NCBI GenBank assembly: GCA_030650425.1
Contig: JAUSED010000008.1
Coordinates: forward strand, 196,554-260,553
DNA from: Candidatus Omnitrophota bacterium
Lineage (GTDB): Bacteria; Omnitrophota; Gorgyraeia; Gygaellales; Profunditerraquicolaceae
DNA length: 64,000 nt
Direction: 5' to 3'
Shown here: positions 41,739-52,688 of the stretch, one piece after another
Layout of the letters: each line of letters begins with the position of its first letter
Numbering within the stretch: position 1 is the stretch's first letter
The notes under the pieces: generated by a model
Seen by the model: the letters and a program-made list of their open reading frames with translations, nothing else
What the model was told of the DNA's origin: nothing
Database searches by the model: none
Program-made: the position numbers and the translations under genes

Positions 41739-42668
41739 ATGGATGTGATTGCCAAGATTCGCTCGCAGGCAAAAAAAAAGATAAAATCAATCGTTCTGCC
41801 GGAATATGATGATAAACGCGTGGTAGAAGCAGCGCGGATTATCGAAGCGGAAGGCTTGGCTAAGGCCACGCTTTTCACTAAGGAGATGATTGATAAAAAG
41901 GAGAAAGAGCGCTACATTCAGGAATACCATGAGATATATAAATCTAAAGATATAGATATGGCCGCAGCGGCGGAACTCTTTGAGGATGTTCTTTATTATG
42001 CCGCGATGATGACTAAGGAAGGAAAGTTTGATGGTTTGGTGGCCGGGGCATCGCACACTACCCCGGATATGGTCAGGGCCTGTATGCGCTGCATTGGTAT
42101 AGATGAACGGATTACTATTATTTCGAGTTGTTTTATTATGGATGTCCCGAATTGTCCCTATGGCGAAAACGGAACACTTGTTTTTGCCGATTGCGGGGTT
42201 ATCCCGGAGCCTAATTCCCGGCAGTTATCCTGTATTGCCTTTTCAGCCGCGGAATTAGCTAAAAAAGTCTTAGATTTTAAGCCGCGCATTGCTTTTCTAA
42301 GCTATTCTACTAAGGGCTCGGCTAAAGCCAAATCCGCGGGAAAAATCGCCGAGGCCTTAAGTTTGCTTAAAGAATTGGCTCCGGATTTAGCCGCGGATGG
42401 AGAGATGCAAGTGGACGCGGCGATTGTCCCGGAAGTGGCCAAAATTAAATACCCGGACAGCCCGGTAGGCGGCAACGCCAATGTTTTAATCTTTCCTAAT
42501 TTAGAGGCTGGGAATATCGGTTATAAGCTTACTCAGCGTTTAGCCAACGCGCGCGCGGTAGGGCCGCTTCTTTTAGGTTTGAATAAACCGGCCAGCGACC
42601 TATCCCGCGGCTGCCTGGTAGAAGATATAGTTGATTGTGTGGCGGTAACAGCAATAAGGGCGCAATAA
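41739..42668 (+). CDS. pta: Phosphate acetyltransferase, catalytic domain (short form)
   Basis: PTA_PTB family motifs (FADCGVIPEPN, SYSTKGS, ANVLIFPNLEAGNIGYK); 309 aa. Confidence 0.85.
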   Translation: MDVIAKIRSQAKKKIKSIVLPEYDDKRVVEAARIIEAEGLAKATLFTKEMIDKKEKERYIQEYHEIYKSKDIDMAAAAELFEDVLYYAAMMTKEGKFDGLVAGASHTTPDMVRACMRCIGIDERITIISSCFIMDVPNCPYGENGTLVFADCGVIPEPNSRQLSCIAFSAAELAKKVLDFKPRIAFLSYSTKGSAKAKSAGKIAEALSLLKELAPDLAADGEMQVDAAIVPEVAKIKYPDSPVGGNANVLIFPNLEAGNIGYKLTQRLANARAVGPLLLGLNKPASDLSRGCLVEDIVDCVAVTAIRAQ

Positions 42669-43790
42669 ATGAATATACTGGTTATTAACAGCGGGAGTTC
42701 ATCTATAAAATATAAATTTTTCCAGATGCCGAAAAAAAAGCTTCTGGCTGAAGGAAAAATCGAGCATATCGGAGAAACAGGCTCGGATATTCAAGATCAT
42801 AAGGCCGGCTTAAAATTAATCTTAAATAAGATTAATTCCGTAGATGCTGTGGGCCATAGGGTGGTGCATGGGGCAGAGAGATTTAAGAAGCCGGTTTTGA
42901 TTGACCAACCGGTAATCAAAAAAATAAGAGAATGTTGTAGTATCGCACCCCTGCATAATCCGGCTAATCTGGCAGGCATACTTGCCTGTAGTAAATTATT
43001 AAAAGGGGTCAGGCAAGCAGCAGTCTTTGATACTGCTTTTCATCAGAGCATTCCTGATTATGCCTATATTTACGGCCTCCCTTATGAATATTACACGAAA
43101 TTCTGCATCCGTAAATACGGTTTTCACGGGACTAGCCATGAATATGTGGCTCATGAAGCAGCGCACGCGCTAAAGCAGCATATTAATGAGTTAAAGATGA
43201 TTACCTGTCATTTAGGTAATGGCTGCAGCATAACCGCCGTAGATCAAGGTAAATCTATAGACACAAGCATGGGTTTTACCCCCTTAGAAGGCTTAGTGAT
43301 GGGAACGCGCTGCGGAGATATCGATCCGGCCTTAATCACTCACATTATGAAAAAGAAAAGGCTGGATATTATCTCGATGGATAATTTATTGAATAAAGAA
43401 AGCGGGCTTAAAGGTATTTCCGGTTTAAGTAATGATATGCGCGTCCTGGAAGAGAATTCCAGAAAAGGGAATAAGCGGGCAAGGCTTGCTCTCGATATAT
43501 TTGTTTACCGGGTCAAGAAATATATCGGCGCTTATACCGCGATTATGGGCGGTTGTGATATCTTAGTTTTTACCGGAGGTATAGGAGAGAACCAGAGAGG
43601 AATACGCGGAAGGATTACTAAAAATATTTTTAAGCATTTAAATAAAAAACCTAAAATAATTGTTATTCCTACTAATGAAGAACTAATGATTGCCAAACAG
43701 ACGTATCAATTAATGAATGGCAGGGAATTAAGGAGAGATCCCGCGCATAGCGCAGGATTAATTAACGCTAAACGCCGGAGGCAGCGTTAA
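42669..43790 (+). CDS. ackA: Acetate kinase
   Basis: N-terminal ILVINSGSSSIKY and HLGNGCS motifs; forms an operon with pta. Confidence 0.9.
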   Translation: MNILVINSGSSSIKYKFFQMPKKKLLAEGKIEHIGETGSDIQDHKAGLKLILNKINSVDAVGHRVVHGAERFKKPVLIDQPVIKKIRECCSIAPLHNPANLAGILACSKLLKGVRQAAVFDTAFHQSIPDYAYIYGLPYEYYTKFCIRKYGFHGTSHEYVAHEAAHALKQHINELKMITCHLGNGCSITAVDQGKSIDTSMGFTPLEGLVMGTRCGDIDPALITHIMKKKRLDIISMDNLLNKESGLKGISGLSNDMRVLEENSRKGNKRARLALDIFVYRVKKYIGAYTAIMGGCDILVFTGGIGENQRGIRGRITKNIFKHLNKKPKIIVIPTNEELMIAKQTYQLMNGRELRRDPAHSAGLINAKRRRQR

Positions 43791-43804
43791 TTAAGGAGAA
43801 AAAA

Positions 43805-44155
43805 ATGTTCAGGACAATCTTAAAATCTAAAATTCATAGAGCTATTGTTACCGAAGCAAACCTTTATTATGAAGGCAGTATCACTATTGATGCCAAATTG
43901 ATGACGGCCGCGGATATTTTTGAGCATGAAAAAGTCGAGGTATTGAACCTGAATAACGGACACCGCTTGGAGACTTATGCTATTCGAGGTAAACCCGGGA
44001 GCGGGGTCATCTGTTTGAACGGCCCGGCGGCCAGAGGGGCATGTAGAGGGGACACAGTAGTGATCCTTACTTACGTCCATGCCGATGGCCAAGAGGCAAA
44101 AACTATAAAACCAAAAATAATCAAAGTAGATGGAAAAAACCGGATTCAAAATTAG
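43805..44155 (+). CDS. panD: Aspartate 1-decarboxylase (pyruvoyl-dependent)
   Basis: MFRTILKSKIHRAIVTEANLYYEGSITID with the Gly-Ser self-cleavage site; 116 aa. Confidence 0.9.
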   Translation: MFRTILKSKIHRAIVTEANLYYEGSITIDAKLMTAADIFEHEKVEVLNLNNGHRLETYAIRGKPGSGVICLNGPAARGACRGDTVVILTYVHADGQEAKTIKPKIIKVDGKNRIQN

Positions 44156-44687
44156 GACATTAGGTGATCCTGTTTTAAGGAAAAAGTCAACCCAGCTTAA
44201 AAAAGTAACCCTTGAAGATAAAGAACTTTTAAGCAAGATGGCCCGGCTTATGTATGATAATGAAGGCGTGGGGCTAGCCGCGCCTCAGCTGGGAATAAAC
44301 GCGGCGATGATCGTGGCCGATATAGGCAAAGGCCTTTATAAATTAGTTAATCCCAAGATTGTAAAAGCTCAAGGCAGCCAGATTAATAAGGAAGGCTGCC
44401 TTAGTGTCCCGGGAATATGTATTAAAGTCAGGCGTGCCAATAAAGTAAAAATAGAGGCGCTCGATGAAAACGGAGAACCGGTTGCTATCGAAGCCGAAGG
44501 GTTATTGGCTTGTGTCTTTCAGCATGAAATCGATCATTTGAATGGTAAACTCATCGTGGACTACGCGCCACTTTTAGAGAAAATTAAGATCGCTAAAATC
44601 ATCAAAGAATTAAAAAAGAAGGCAAAAGATGAAAAATTGGCCGAATCAGAAAAAAAATCTTGTAAATTGTCCTGCCAGTCTCTCTGA
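44130..44687 (+). CDS. def: Peptide deformylase with a Lys-rich C-terminal extension
   Basis: GVGLAAPQLG, EGCLSVPG, QHEIDHLNG metal-site motifs. Confidence 0.85.
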   Translation: MEKTGFKIRTLGDPVLRKKSTQLKKVTLEDKELLSKMARLMYDNEGVGLAAPQLGINAAMIVADIGKGLYKLVNPKIVKAQGSQINKEGCLSVPGICIKVRRANKVKIEALDENGEPVAIEAEGLLACVFQHEIDHLNGKLIVDYAPLLEKIKIAKIIKELKKKAKDEKLAESEKKSCKLSCQSL

Positions 44688-44754
44688 TAGCAGGCAGGAT
44701 CCCGCCCTCGCTGAAATAGCTTGGCAGGGTAACTGTAGTTATACCCACCCATAA

Positions 44755-45645
44755 ATGAACCGACTTCCCAGTTGGTTCAGGCAAGATCTTCCCAATGCCG
44801 ATACACTACGCACAAAGCTGGCTATTCTGGAATTAGGGTTAAATACTGTTTGTCAGGAAGCAATCTGTCCGAACATAAACGCCTGTTTCGCTAAAAAACA
44901 GGCTGCTTTTATTATCTTAGGTGAATTCTGCACGAGGAAGTGCAGGTTTTGTAATGCAGGGATGGTTGGGATTGCTTCGCCCCGCCAAGGCGGGGCTCGC
45001 AATGACGAAGAGGATGATGAAGCGGAGCGGATTGTTGAAGCAGTAAAAACCTTGGGCTTAAGCTATGTAGTGATTACCTCGGTTACCCGCGATGATTTGG
45101 AGGACGGGGGCGCCAGCCAATTCGTCAAGGTGATAGAGTTGCTTCGCAATACCGATAAAGATATCAAAGTTGAAGTTTTAATTCCTGATTTTCAAGGCAA
45201 TCTTCAGAGTTTAGAAGAAGTGGTTAAGGCGTGTCCTTTTGTTTTAGCGCATAATCTCGAAACAGTTAAACGGCTATATAGCGAGGTTCGGCCTGAGGCG
45301 GATTATCAGCGTTCGCTTGACTTGTTGAAAAAGGCAAAAGAATTATCCGGAGGCCTGATCACCAAGTCTTCGCTTATGCTGGGGTTAGGTGAAAATGAGG
45401 AGGAAGTAATTACGGCTTTAGAGGATTTACGCGCTTCCGGTTGCGCTATGGTGACTTTAGGCCAGTATCTTGCGCCTTCCTCAGCGCATTACCCGGTAAA
45501 AGAATTTATTTCCCCCGAACGTTTTAAGAGATATTACAATATCGGGATAGAGTTGGGTTTCAAAAAAGTTCTATCCGAACCAAAGGCGAGAAGTTCTTAT
45601 TGCGCTGAAGAGCTGGCAGGAGACTCAGTACTATGCATGATTTAA
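44755..45645 (+). CDS. lipA: Lipoyl synthase
   Basis: Auxiliary cluster CQEAICPNINAC and radical-SAM CTRKCRFCN; contains an acidic insertion (NDEEDDEAER). Confidence 0.85.
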   Translation: MNRLPSWFRQDLPNADTLRTKLAILELGLNTVCQEAICPNINACFAKKQAAFIILGEFCTRKCRFCNAGMVGIASPRQGGARNDEEDDEAERIVEAVKTLGLSYVVITSVTRDDLEDGGASQFVKVIELLRNTDKDIKVEVLIPDFQGNLQSLEEVVKACPFVLAHNLETVKRLYSEVRPEADYQRSLDLLKKAKELSGGLITKSSLMLGLGENEEEVITALEDLRASGCAMVTLGQYLAPSSAHYPVKEFISPERFKRYYNIGIELGFKKVLSEPKARSSYCAEELAGDSVLCMI

Positions 45646-46544
45646 TTATTATTGGAGCAGGTCCGGCGGGCTTAACCGCGGCTATATACGCTGGAAGATT
45701 TAAACTGGATACGCTAATTTTTGAAAAGATGTCCGTTGGCGGCCAGATATTGCTTTCTCCTTCAGTAGAAAATTATCCCGGATTTCCGGAAGGGGTAGCT
45801 ACTTTTGAATTGATTGATAAGTTTAAGCAACAGGTGATGGGTTTAGGCCTGCGGATAGAGGAGCAAGAGATATTAGAGATTATCCCTGGCGAAAAATCTT
45901 ATCAAGTCAAAACCAAAACCGCAAGCTTTCAGACTAAAGCGGTGATTATTTCAAGCGGCGCCAAGTCTAAGAGGTTGGGAGTAGAGGGTGAAGATAAATT
46001 CATCGGCCGCGGCGTTTCTTATTGCGGTACCTGCGATGGCCCGCTCTTTAAAGATAAGGATATTGTGGTGGTAGGCGGGGGGGACCGGGCAATTGAAGAC
46101 GCCATATTCCTTGCCAATTACGCCAAGTCCATTCATTTAGCGCATCGCCGGAATGAATTTCGCGCTGCTAAGATTCTGGTTGATAAGCTTAAAAGTAACC
46201 CCAAAGTAAAATTTGTTTTAGATAGTGTAATCGAAGAGGTAATAGGAGAGAATAAAGTAAACGCTGTTAAAGTTAGGCAAGTCAAGACGCTTAAGGAGTC
46301 GGTAATTAACTGTGAAGGTGTTTTTATCTTTGTGGGGATAATCCCGGATACCTGTTTCATAAAAAATCTATTGGAAACGGATGAGTTTGGGTTTATAATT
46401 ACTGACCAAAGCATGCGTGCTTCCAGAAACGGAATATTCGCCTGCGGAGATTGCGTAAGAAAAAGCCTCTATCAAGTGATTAATGCCTGCGGAGAAGGGG
46501 CGGTCGCGGCGGATTCAGCGCATAAATTCCTTTTAAATTTATGA
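45633..46544 (+). CDS. trxB: Thioredoxin-disulfide reductase
   Basis: FAD motif IIGAGPAGLTAAIYAGR, redox CGTCDG, NADPH motif VVGGGDRAIEDA. Confidence 0.8.
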   Translation: MHDLIIIGAGPAGLTAAIYAGRFKLDTLIFEKMSVGGQILLSPSVENYPGFPEGVATFELIDKFKQQVMGLGLRIEEQEILEIIPGEKSYQVKTKTASFQTKAVIISSGAKSKRLGVEGEDKFIGRGVSYCGTCDGPLFKDKDIVVVGGGDRAIEDAIFLANYAKSIHLAHRRNEFRAAKILVDKLKSNPKVKFVLDSVIEEVIGENKVNAVKVRQVKTLKESVINCEGVFIFVGIIPDTCFIKNLLETDEFGFIITDQSMRASRNGIFACGDCVRKSLYQVINACGEGAVAADSAHKFLLNL

Positions 46545-48334
46545 AAAAAAATCCCACGTATAATAAAAAATTAAGAGACTGGGTGGCTAAAATGGCCAAG
46601 CTTTGCCGGCCTGACGCGATCGTCTGGATAGACGGCTCAGAGGCCCAGAAATCCATTCTGGAAAAAGAAGCTATTGAAACAGGAGAGTTGATCCAGCTGA
46701 ATAAAGAGAAGCATCCCGGTTCCTTCTTACATCGCACAGCCATTGATGATGTTGCCCGCACAGAACATCTCACCTTTATCTGCACCAAGAAAAAACATGA
46801 TGCCGGGCCGAATAATAACTGGATGGCTCCGTCTGCCGCCTATCGAAAAGCCAAAGCCATATTTAGAGGGGCGATGCGGGGGAGGACGATGTATGTAATT
46901 CCTTTTTCTATGGGCCCGGTGGGTTCGAAATTTAGTAAAATTGGAGTGGAGCTAACGGATTCGCGTTACGTGGTCTTAAATATGCTGATTATGACCCGCG
47001 CGGGAGAAGCAGTTTTAAGACAATTGGAAAAAGAAGATCATTTTACCAAATGCCTGCATTCTAAGGCGCAATTGGATATCAAAAAGAGGATGATCCTGCA
47101 TTTCCCGGAAGATAATACTGTTTGGAGCGTGGGTTCGGGATATGGCGGCAATGTCCTGCTCGGGAAAAAATGCCTCTCTTTACGGATTGCCAGTTTTCTT
47201 GCCCGGCGCGAGCGTTGGCTGGCCGAACATATGTTGATTATGGGAATTGAAGAGCCGAATGGCCACATCGAATATATTGCCGCGGCTTTTCCCAGCGCCT
47301 GCGGAAAAACGAATTTAGCTATGTTAGTCCCTCCTGAGGGCTTAAAGGTAAAAGGTTACCGTATCTGGACAGTGGGAGATGATATTGCCTGGATGCGCGT
47401 GGATTCTGATGGAGCCCTCTGGGCGATTAATCCTGAGACGGGTTTTTTTGGCGTGGCGCCCGGAACAAACTCACAGACTAACCCGAATATGGTCGAAACA
47501 ATCAAAAAGAATACGATTTTTACCAATGTTTTACTTAAACCGGATAAGACAGTTTGGTGGGAAGGCGCGGACGGTGAAATTCCGGCTAATGGCATTGATT
47601 GGCAGGGCCGGCCTTGGAAGCCGGGATTAAAAGATAGCGCGGGCTCGCCTATTGTAGGCGCGCATCCTAACAGCAGGTTTACTACGCCGATTGTAAATTG
47701 CCCTTCTGTTTCTTTTAGGGTGGAACAGCATCATGGTGTTCCTATCTCCGCGATTATTTTTGGCGGCCGCAGGCAATATCTGGCCCCCTTGGTTTATGAA
47801 ACATTCAATTGGCAGCACGGAGTATTTGTGGGAGCGGCTATGGCCTCTGAACGTACAGCAGCTCAGGTTGGAGCATTAGGAGAGGTGCGCCGGGATCCGA
47901 TGGCCATGCTTCCGTTCTGCGGTTACAATATGTCCTATTATTTCAGGCATTGGCTGGATATGGGCAAACGTATGGCCAAGGCTCCTAAGATTTTTCATGT
48001 TAATTGGTTCAGGACCGATGCCCAAGGAGAATTTTTGTGGCCGGGTTTTAAGGAGAACTTAAGGGTCCTGGAATGGATTCTTGACCGCTGCAATAATAAG
48101 GTAGAGGCGTTTAAAACCCCCATAGGATATGTCCCTTATCCGGCGGATATTGATCGTACCGGCCTTAATTTTTCCGAGGGGTTGCTTGAAAAATTACTGG
48201 AGGCGCGTAATGCCGACTGGCTTGATGAGTTGAAAGGAATTAACAAATTCTTTAGCCAGTTTAAGAAAGATCTACCCGTTGAATTATGGCAGGAATATGA
48301 CGCGCTTTCCCGCCGGCTAAAAGCCCATGAATGA
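46541..48334 (+). CDS. pckG: Phosphoenolpyruvate carboxykinase (GTP)
   Basis: Kinase-1a [12 protein letters not shown] and GTP-PEPCK-specific regions ([20 protein letters not shown]); 597 aa. Confidence 0.9.
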   Translation: MKKNPTYNKKLRDWVAKMAKLCRPDAIVWIDGSEAQKSILEKEAIETGELIQLNKEKHPGSFLHRTAIDDVARTEHLTFICTKKKHDAGPNNNWMAPSAAYRKAKAIFRGAMRGRTMYVIPFSMGPVGSKFSKIGVELTDSRYVVLNMLIMTRAGEAVLRQLEKEDHFTKCLHSKAQLDIKKRMILHFPEDNTVWSVGSGYGGNVLLGKKCLSLRIASFLARRERWLAEHMLIMGIEEPNGHIEYIAAAFPSACGKTNLAMLVPPEGLKVKGYRIWTVGDDIAWMRVDSDGALWAINPETGFFGVAPGTNSQTNPNMVETIKKNTIFTNVLLKPDKTVWWEGADGEIPANGIDWQGRPWKPGLKDSAGSPIVGAHPNSRFTTPIVNCPSVSFRVEQHHGVPISAIIFGGRRQYLAPLVYETFNWQHGVFVGAAMASERTAAQVGALGEVRRDPMAMLPFCGYNMSYYFRHWLDMGKRMAKAPKIFHVNWFRTDAQGEFLWPGFKENLRVLEWILDRCNNKVEAFKTPIGYVPYPADIDRTGLNFSEGLLEKLLEARNADWLDELKGINKFFSQFKKDLPVELWQEYDALSRRLKAHE

Positions 48335-49220
48335 AGAAGTTATCTTAAACACTGATTTCAAGGATTTGAAATTATTTCGCAGGGGTAAAGTAAGGGATGT
48401 TTATGATTTAGGCGATAAACTGTTGATTGTTTCGACTGACAGAATATCTTGTTTCGATCTGGTTTTACCCGCCGCTATACCTTATAAAGGAAAAGTTTTA
48501 ACCGCGTTATCCTGCTTTTGGTTCGATTTTCTAAAAGATATAATCCCCAATCATTTTATTACTGCCGATGTTGGTGAATACCCCCGGGAGTTAAAAAAAT
48601 ATAAACACGAATTAGCAGGCCGTTCAATGCTGGTTGTAAAGAGTAAGCCGTTTGCGGTTGAAGCAATCGTCAGGGGGTATCTATCGGGGTCAGGATGGAA
48701 AGAATATCAAAAGCAGCAGTCTGTTTGCGGGATAAAATTACCGGCAGGGCTTAAGCAATCCGCCAAGCTTCCTGAAATAATCTTTACGCCTTCGACCAAG
48801 GCGGATGCCGGCCACGACCAGAACGTTAGTCAGGGCCATGTCGAGAAATTAATCGGAAAAGAAGCGGCTGACAAAATATCCAAGGCTAGCCTGAGTATTT
48901 ATAAAAAGGCGGGCGAATACGCTTTAAGCCGGGGAATAATTATTGCCGACACGAAATTCGAATTTGGCTTGTATAATGGCGCGGTTATTTTGATCGATGA
49001 AGTATTAACTCCGGATTCAAGCCGCTTCTGGCCGCTGGATCAGTACGCTCCCGGTAAAAGCGTCCCGAGTTTCGATAAGCAATTTGTGCGAGACTACCTT
49101 GAGGCCAAGGACTGGAATAAGCTGGCTCCGGCTCCGGATTTACCGGGTGAAATTGTCGTAAAAACAACCCAAAAATACCTCGAGGCGTATCATAAGCTAA
49201 CCGGAAAAGAGTTGGGATAA
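48327..49220 (+). CDS. purC: Phosphoribosylaminoimidazole-succinocarboxamide (SAICAR) synthase
   Basis: [25 protein letters not shown] and IADTKFEFG motifs; 297 aa. Confidence 0.85.
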   Translation: MNEEVILNTDFKDLKLFRRGKVRDVYDLGDKLLIVSTDRISCFDLVLPAAIPYKGKVLTALSCFWFDFLKDIIPNHFITADVGEYPRELKKYKHELAGRSMLVVKSKPFAVEAIVRGYLSGSGWKEYQKQQSVCGIKLPAGLKQSAKLPEIIFTPSTKADAGHDQNVSQGHVEKLIGKEAADKISKASLSIYKKAGEYALSRGIIIADTKFEFGLYNGAVILIDEVLTPDSSRFWPLDQYAPGKSVPSFDKQFVRDYLEAKDWNKLAPAPDLPGEIVVKTTQKYLEAYHKLTGKELG

Positions 49221-49221
49221 G

Positions 49222-50223
49222 ATGGTAACTTTTAGAAAAATAGCAATCTTATTATTAAGGATTACTATAAGCGCGGCTTTATTGGTTTTCTTGTTTAAAG
49301 TCAATAAAATTGATATCCATGCTTTAGGGGCAGATATAAAGAGCGCGGATAAGGCGCTTTTATTGACTGGTTTTATAATTTTTTTTCTGGTGTATATTTT
49401 GGGATTCTTACGCTGGCGGATGCTGCTAGAGGCCGCCCGGATTGATATTCCCATAAAGAGGCTGATTACTTCTTTCTCGGGAGGAATATTCTTTAGCATC
49501 GTTTTACCTTCGACTATCGGAGGAGACGTGGTTAAGACTGCTGACTTGGCGGAGCACACCCGTAAAGCCAAAGAAGTTATTGCTACTGTTTTTTTGGACA
49601 GGTTAAGCGGTTATATCGGCCTTGTGCTGGTAATCTTACCGACTCTTTTATGGAACAGGGATTTAATGCGGGATAAAGTTGTTTTTTCATCGATAAGCGC
49701 CATTGTTATCATCTTGGTTATTATCCTGCTGGTTCTGTTTAATAAATTTATTTATTCAAAGATTACAAGTTTTTTGGCTGCGCCCGGAGCCGGAAGGATA
49801 AAAGAGGCAATTAAAGATTTACACTATGAGATTCATATTTTCCAGCACCGCAAGAAACTGATTGCTTATAACCTGGCGCTTTCTTTCATCATCCAGCTGA
49901 TTATGCCGGTAAGCGTTTATTTTATCGCGCTCTCTTTGGGAATCAAGGCTAATTTTATTGCTTTCCTGATTTTCCTGCCGATAATCGGGGCGATTACCTT
50001 GCTTCCTATCGCGATAGGGGGTTTGGGGTTGCGGGAGAGTTTATTTGTGGTTTATTTCGCTAAGGTAGGAATAGCTAAGCAGCTGGCTTTGGCAATGTCC
50101 TTGCTATCATTTTCTTTTGTCCTGTTTTATGGAGCAGTGGGAGGCTTAATCTATGTCCTTACAGTACATAATCGACGGTTACAACATCACCAACCACCCC
50201 AAATTCAGCAGACTAGTCCCTAA
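49222..50223 (+). CDS. UPF0104/lysylphosphatidylglycerol-synthase-TM-region family integral membrane protein
   Basis: About 8 TM helices, N-terminal basic-hydrophobic start, and a conserved GGxG-like region (IAIGGLGLRESLF). Confidence 0.55.
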   Translation: MVTFRKIAILLLRITISAALLVFLFKVNKIDIHALGADIKSADKALLLTGFIIFFLVYILGFLRWRMLLEAARIDIPIKRLITSFSGGIFFSIVLPSTIGGDVVKTADLAEHTRKAKEVIATVFLDRLSGYIGLVLVILPTLLWNRDLMRDKVVFSSISAIVIILVIILLVLFNKFIYSKITSFLAAPGAGRIKEAIKDLHYEIHIFQHRKKLIAYNLALSFIIQLIMPVSVYFIALSLGIKANFIAFLIFLPIIGAITLLPIAIGGLGLRESLFVVYFAKVGIAKQLALAMSLLSFSFVLFYGAVGGLIYVLTVHNRRLQHHQPPQIQQTSP

Positions 50224-50635
50224 GCGGCCTGCTGATTCCCGTCTTGCCCTTATCCAGTTGATCAGAATGAAAAAAACATCTTGGAGCCCGCATAATAAAT
50301 TTTGGATTGTCTTTGACGGATACCCGGATGCCTCTTTCGATAATCAGGATAAAGGGAATATAATGGTTATATTCTCAAGAGGAGAGAGCGCGGATGAGCG
50401 GATCAAGAAGCTGCTGGAGTTGATTACTAACCCTAAGAATGTGGTGGTTGTTTCGGATGACAAAGAGATAAAGTTCTATGCCTTGGCCTGCCGGGCTAAG
50501 GCCCAGAGTGTGGAAGATTTTCTCTCTCTTCAGGATAAATTACCGCGTAAAGGAGCTCAGATGCCGGCAGCCGAAATTAGCTGCACGCAGATGCACAAGA
50601 TAAATGAAGAGCTGAGGAAGATATGGCTTTCTTAA
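50153..50635 (+). CDS. NYN-domain (YacP/Rae1-like) putative ribonuclease
   Basis: N-terminal YIIDGYNI and a later VVVSDD motif; overlaps the preceding gene by 71 nt in another frame. Confidence 0.45.
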   Translation: MSLQYIIDGYNITNHPKFSRLVPKRPADSRLALIQLIRMKKTSWSPHNKFWIVFDGYPDASFDNQDKGNIMVIFSRGESADERIKKLLELITNPKNVVVVSDDKEIKFYALACRAKAQSVEDFLSLQDKLPRKGAQMPAAEISCTQMHKINEELRKIWLS

Positions 50636-51390
50636 AATTCTTGGGGACGGCAGGCGCGCGTTTTGTGATGATCGAGCAGCTCAGGTCTTCAGGAGGGGTT
50701 TGGGTTTCTTTTAAAGATACCAATGTTTTGATTGATCCCGGGCCGGGAAGCATTGTGCGCTGTGCGGCCAGCCGGCCAAAATTAAACCCCACAAAGTTAG
50801 ACGGCATTATCCTTACCCATAAGCACCTCGACCACTCCAACGATATAAACGTGATGATTGAGGCGATGACTGAGGGAGGTTTTAAAAAAAGAGGGGTTGT
50901 CTTTTGTCCAACTGACGCGCTGGGAGAAGATTCGATAATCCTAAAATACGCGGCTAATTTTCCAGAAAGAATAGAGGCCTTAAAACCTAATAGTAATTAC
51001 GCGGTGAAAGATTTTTCTTTTCAGACCTCTATGCGGCATATCCATCCGGCTGAAACTTACGGTCTAAAATTTAATTTAGGGGATACCAGCGTGGGATTGC
51101 TTTCGGATACAAAATTTTTTAAAGAGTTGGGAAGTTTTTATAAAACAGATATATTGATTATCTCCGTAGTTTTTTTTGAGCCTCGGCAGGGCATAGATCA
51201 TCTTTGTTTAGCTGACGCCGAAGAAATCATCCGGCTAACTCAACCTAAAAAAGCAATCCTGACCCATTTTGGCAGGACGATGCTTAGGGCTAAGCCGCAT
51301 ATTCAGGCAGAGGCTTTAACTAAGCGTTTGGGTATTGAGGTTGTGGCGGCTAATGATGGTATGAGCCTGAGAAACTTTCGCTTGACATAA
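50623..51390 (+). CDS. Metallo-beta-lactamase-fold hydrolase
   Basis: ILTHKHLDHSND (HxHxDH); 255 aa. Confidence 0.7.
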   Translation: MAFLKFLGTAGARFVMIEQLRSSGGVWVSFKDTNVLIDPGPGSIVRCAASRPKLNPTKLDGIILTHKHLDHSNDINVMIEAMTEGGFKKRGVVFCPTDALGEDSIILKYAANFPERIEALKPNSNYAVKDFSFQTSMRHIHPAETYGLKFNLGDTSVGLLSDTKFFKELGSFYKTDILIISVVFFEPRQGIDHLCLADAEEIIRLTQPKKAILTHFGRTMLRAKPHIQAEALTKRLGIEVVAANDGMSLRNFRLT

Positions 51391-51448
51391 CTCTATACTT
51401 ATGATAGAGTTAAACGAATTGTGAAACACTAACCTAAGGAGGTGGAGG

Positions 51449-52126
51449 ATGAGTAGTTGGCAAATCGTTTTGCTGGAACCGGCAAGGACAGTTTTATCTC
51501 AAATCGGCCAGTTTGTGGTGAACATTTTGTTGGTGCTCATTATACTCATTATCGGTTGGTTAATCTCGAAAGTAATCAGGACGATTGTCACCAAGGGTCT
51601 AAGGGCAGTCAAACTGGATGAGCTTTCTGACCGGATCGAATTGGAAGCATTGTTGGAAAAAGGGGGTATAGGATATTCTTTTTCTGAGCTGATCGGGATA
51701 ATCTGCTATTGGCTGGCACTATTGGTTACTTTTATGGTAGCGATTAATTCCATAGGCCTGACCATTGCCGCGGATTTATTAAATAAAGTGGTTCTTTATA
51801 TACCTAATGTCATCGCGGCTATATTCATTTTGATCTTAGGTATGTTCGCCGCTACCATTTTAAAAAATATCGTTTTAACCGCGGCTAACAACGCAGGAAT
51901 TAGCCAGGGAAAGCTTTTAGCTAAGACCGTGGAAGTGATTATTGCGTTATTTGCCATTTTTGTGGCTTTGGAGCAGTTGAATATCGGTATCCGCATAACT
52001 GAGCTGACCTTAGCGATTGCGCTGGGCACTATAGGCTTGGGTTTATCCTTAGCTTTTGGTCTCGGCTGCAGAGAAATCGCAGGTAAGTTTGTAGCTGATT
52101 TTGTTGAGAAATTGAAGAAGAAATAG
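51449..52126 (+). CDS. Integral membrane protein (conserved TM-helix repeat type)
   Basis: Five to six hydrophobic helices; AGGAGG RBS. Confidence 0.45.
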   Translation: MSSWQIVLLEPARTVLSQIGQFVVNILLVLIILIIGWLISKVIRTIVTKGLRAVKLDELSDRIELEALLEKGGIGYSFSELIGIICYWLALLVTFMVAINSIGLTIAADLLNKVVLYIPNVIAAIFILILGMFAATILKNIVLTAANNAGISQGKLLAKTVEVIIALFAIFVALEQLNIGIRITELTLAIALGTIGLGLSLAFGLGCREIAGKFVADFVEKLKKK

Positions 52127-52152
52127 GAATATATGCTTTAGTAGCAAGTATA

Positions 52153-52192
52153 AAACCCCGCGCTTTGATATTAAAGCGCGGGGTTTTTTATA
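52153..52192 (+). terminator. Intrinsic terminator aaaaccccgcgctttgatattaaagcgcggggtttttta
   Basis: 11-bp G/C-rich perfect stem plus a T6 tail, directly after the membrane protein gene. Confidence 0.8.
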
Positions 52193-52197
52193 GGATA

Positions 52198-52659
52198 ATG
52201 ATAATCAGGAAAAGAAACCTCTTATTTATAATTTTTCCCCTTGCCATTCTCTCATTAGGCATGAGCTGCGTTCCACGCAGAAGCATAAATCCTGAAACGC
52301 AGAGGATGGTGCTGCAATCAATCGTTGAAGAAGCCCTTGGAGATATTGAAGCTGCTTATGCGGCTAAAGATTTAGAAGGTTTGATGAGTTTCTTGGATAA
52401 AGATTTTGAAGCGCGCTCCAGATTCCAATCGGTTTTAGAGAGCTATTTTGTTTCCGTAAACAGGCCGCACCTTCATTTTGTGATTGATATGATTATTGCC
52501 GATAAAAACGGGGTAAATGTAAGATTACATTGGTTTAGAAAGTCGTTAACCCTTTTAAATGTCACCATTAAGCCGCGGGGTTCATCGCAACTTTTATTTA
52601 AGAGATATCCGGAAGGCTTAAAGCTTAAACGTATTGATAAGCAGAACCCGTTTTTTTAA
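52198..52659 (+). CDS. Lipoprotein, hypothetical (153 aa)
   Basis: ATG at 52198 lies just after the terminator; lipobox LSLGMSC. The longer ORF-track start falls inside the terminator hairpin. Confidence 0.4.
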   Translation: MIIRKRNLLFIIFPLAILSLGMSCVPRRSINPETQRMVLQSIVEEALGDIEAAYAAKDLEGLMSFLDKDFEARSRFQSVLESYFVSVNRPHLHFVIDMIIADKNGVNVRLHWFRKSLTLLNVTIKPRGSSQLLFKRYPEGLKLKRIDKQNPFF

Positions 52660-52688
52660 TAACCGACCAGGAGGATAAATACAGAATT

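Noticed and set aside
44560-44760. Lys-rich C-terminal tail of Def and small ORFs 44561..44784 (minus)
   Set aside because: The tail is in frame with def and plausibly genuine. The minus-strand ORFs have no support.
50153-50223. 71-nt overlap between the UPF0104 membrane protein gene and the NYN-domain gene, as a possible frameshift or fusion
   Set aside because: The frames differ and the NYN motif YIIDGYNI begins at the N-terminus of the second ORF. This is most simply an out-of-frame overlap.
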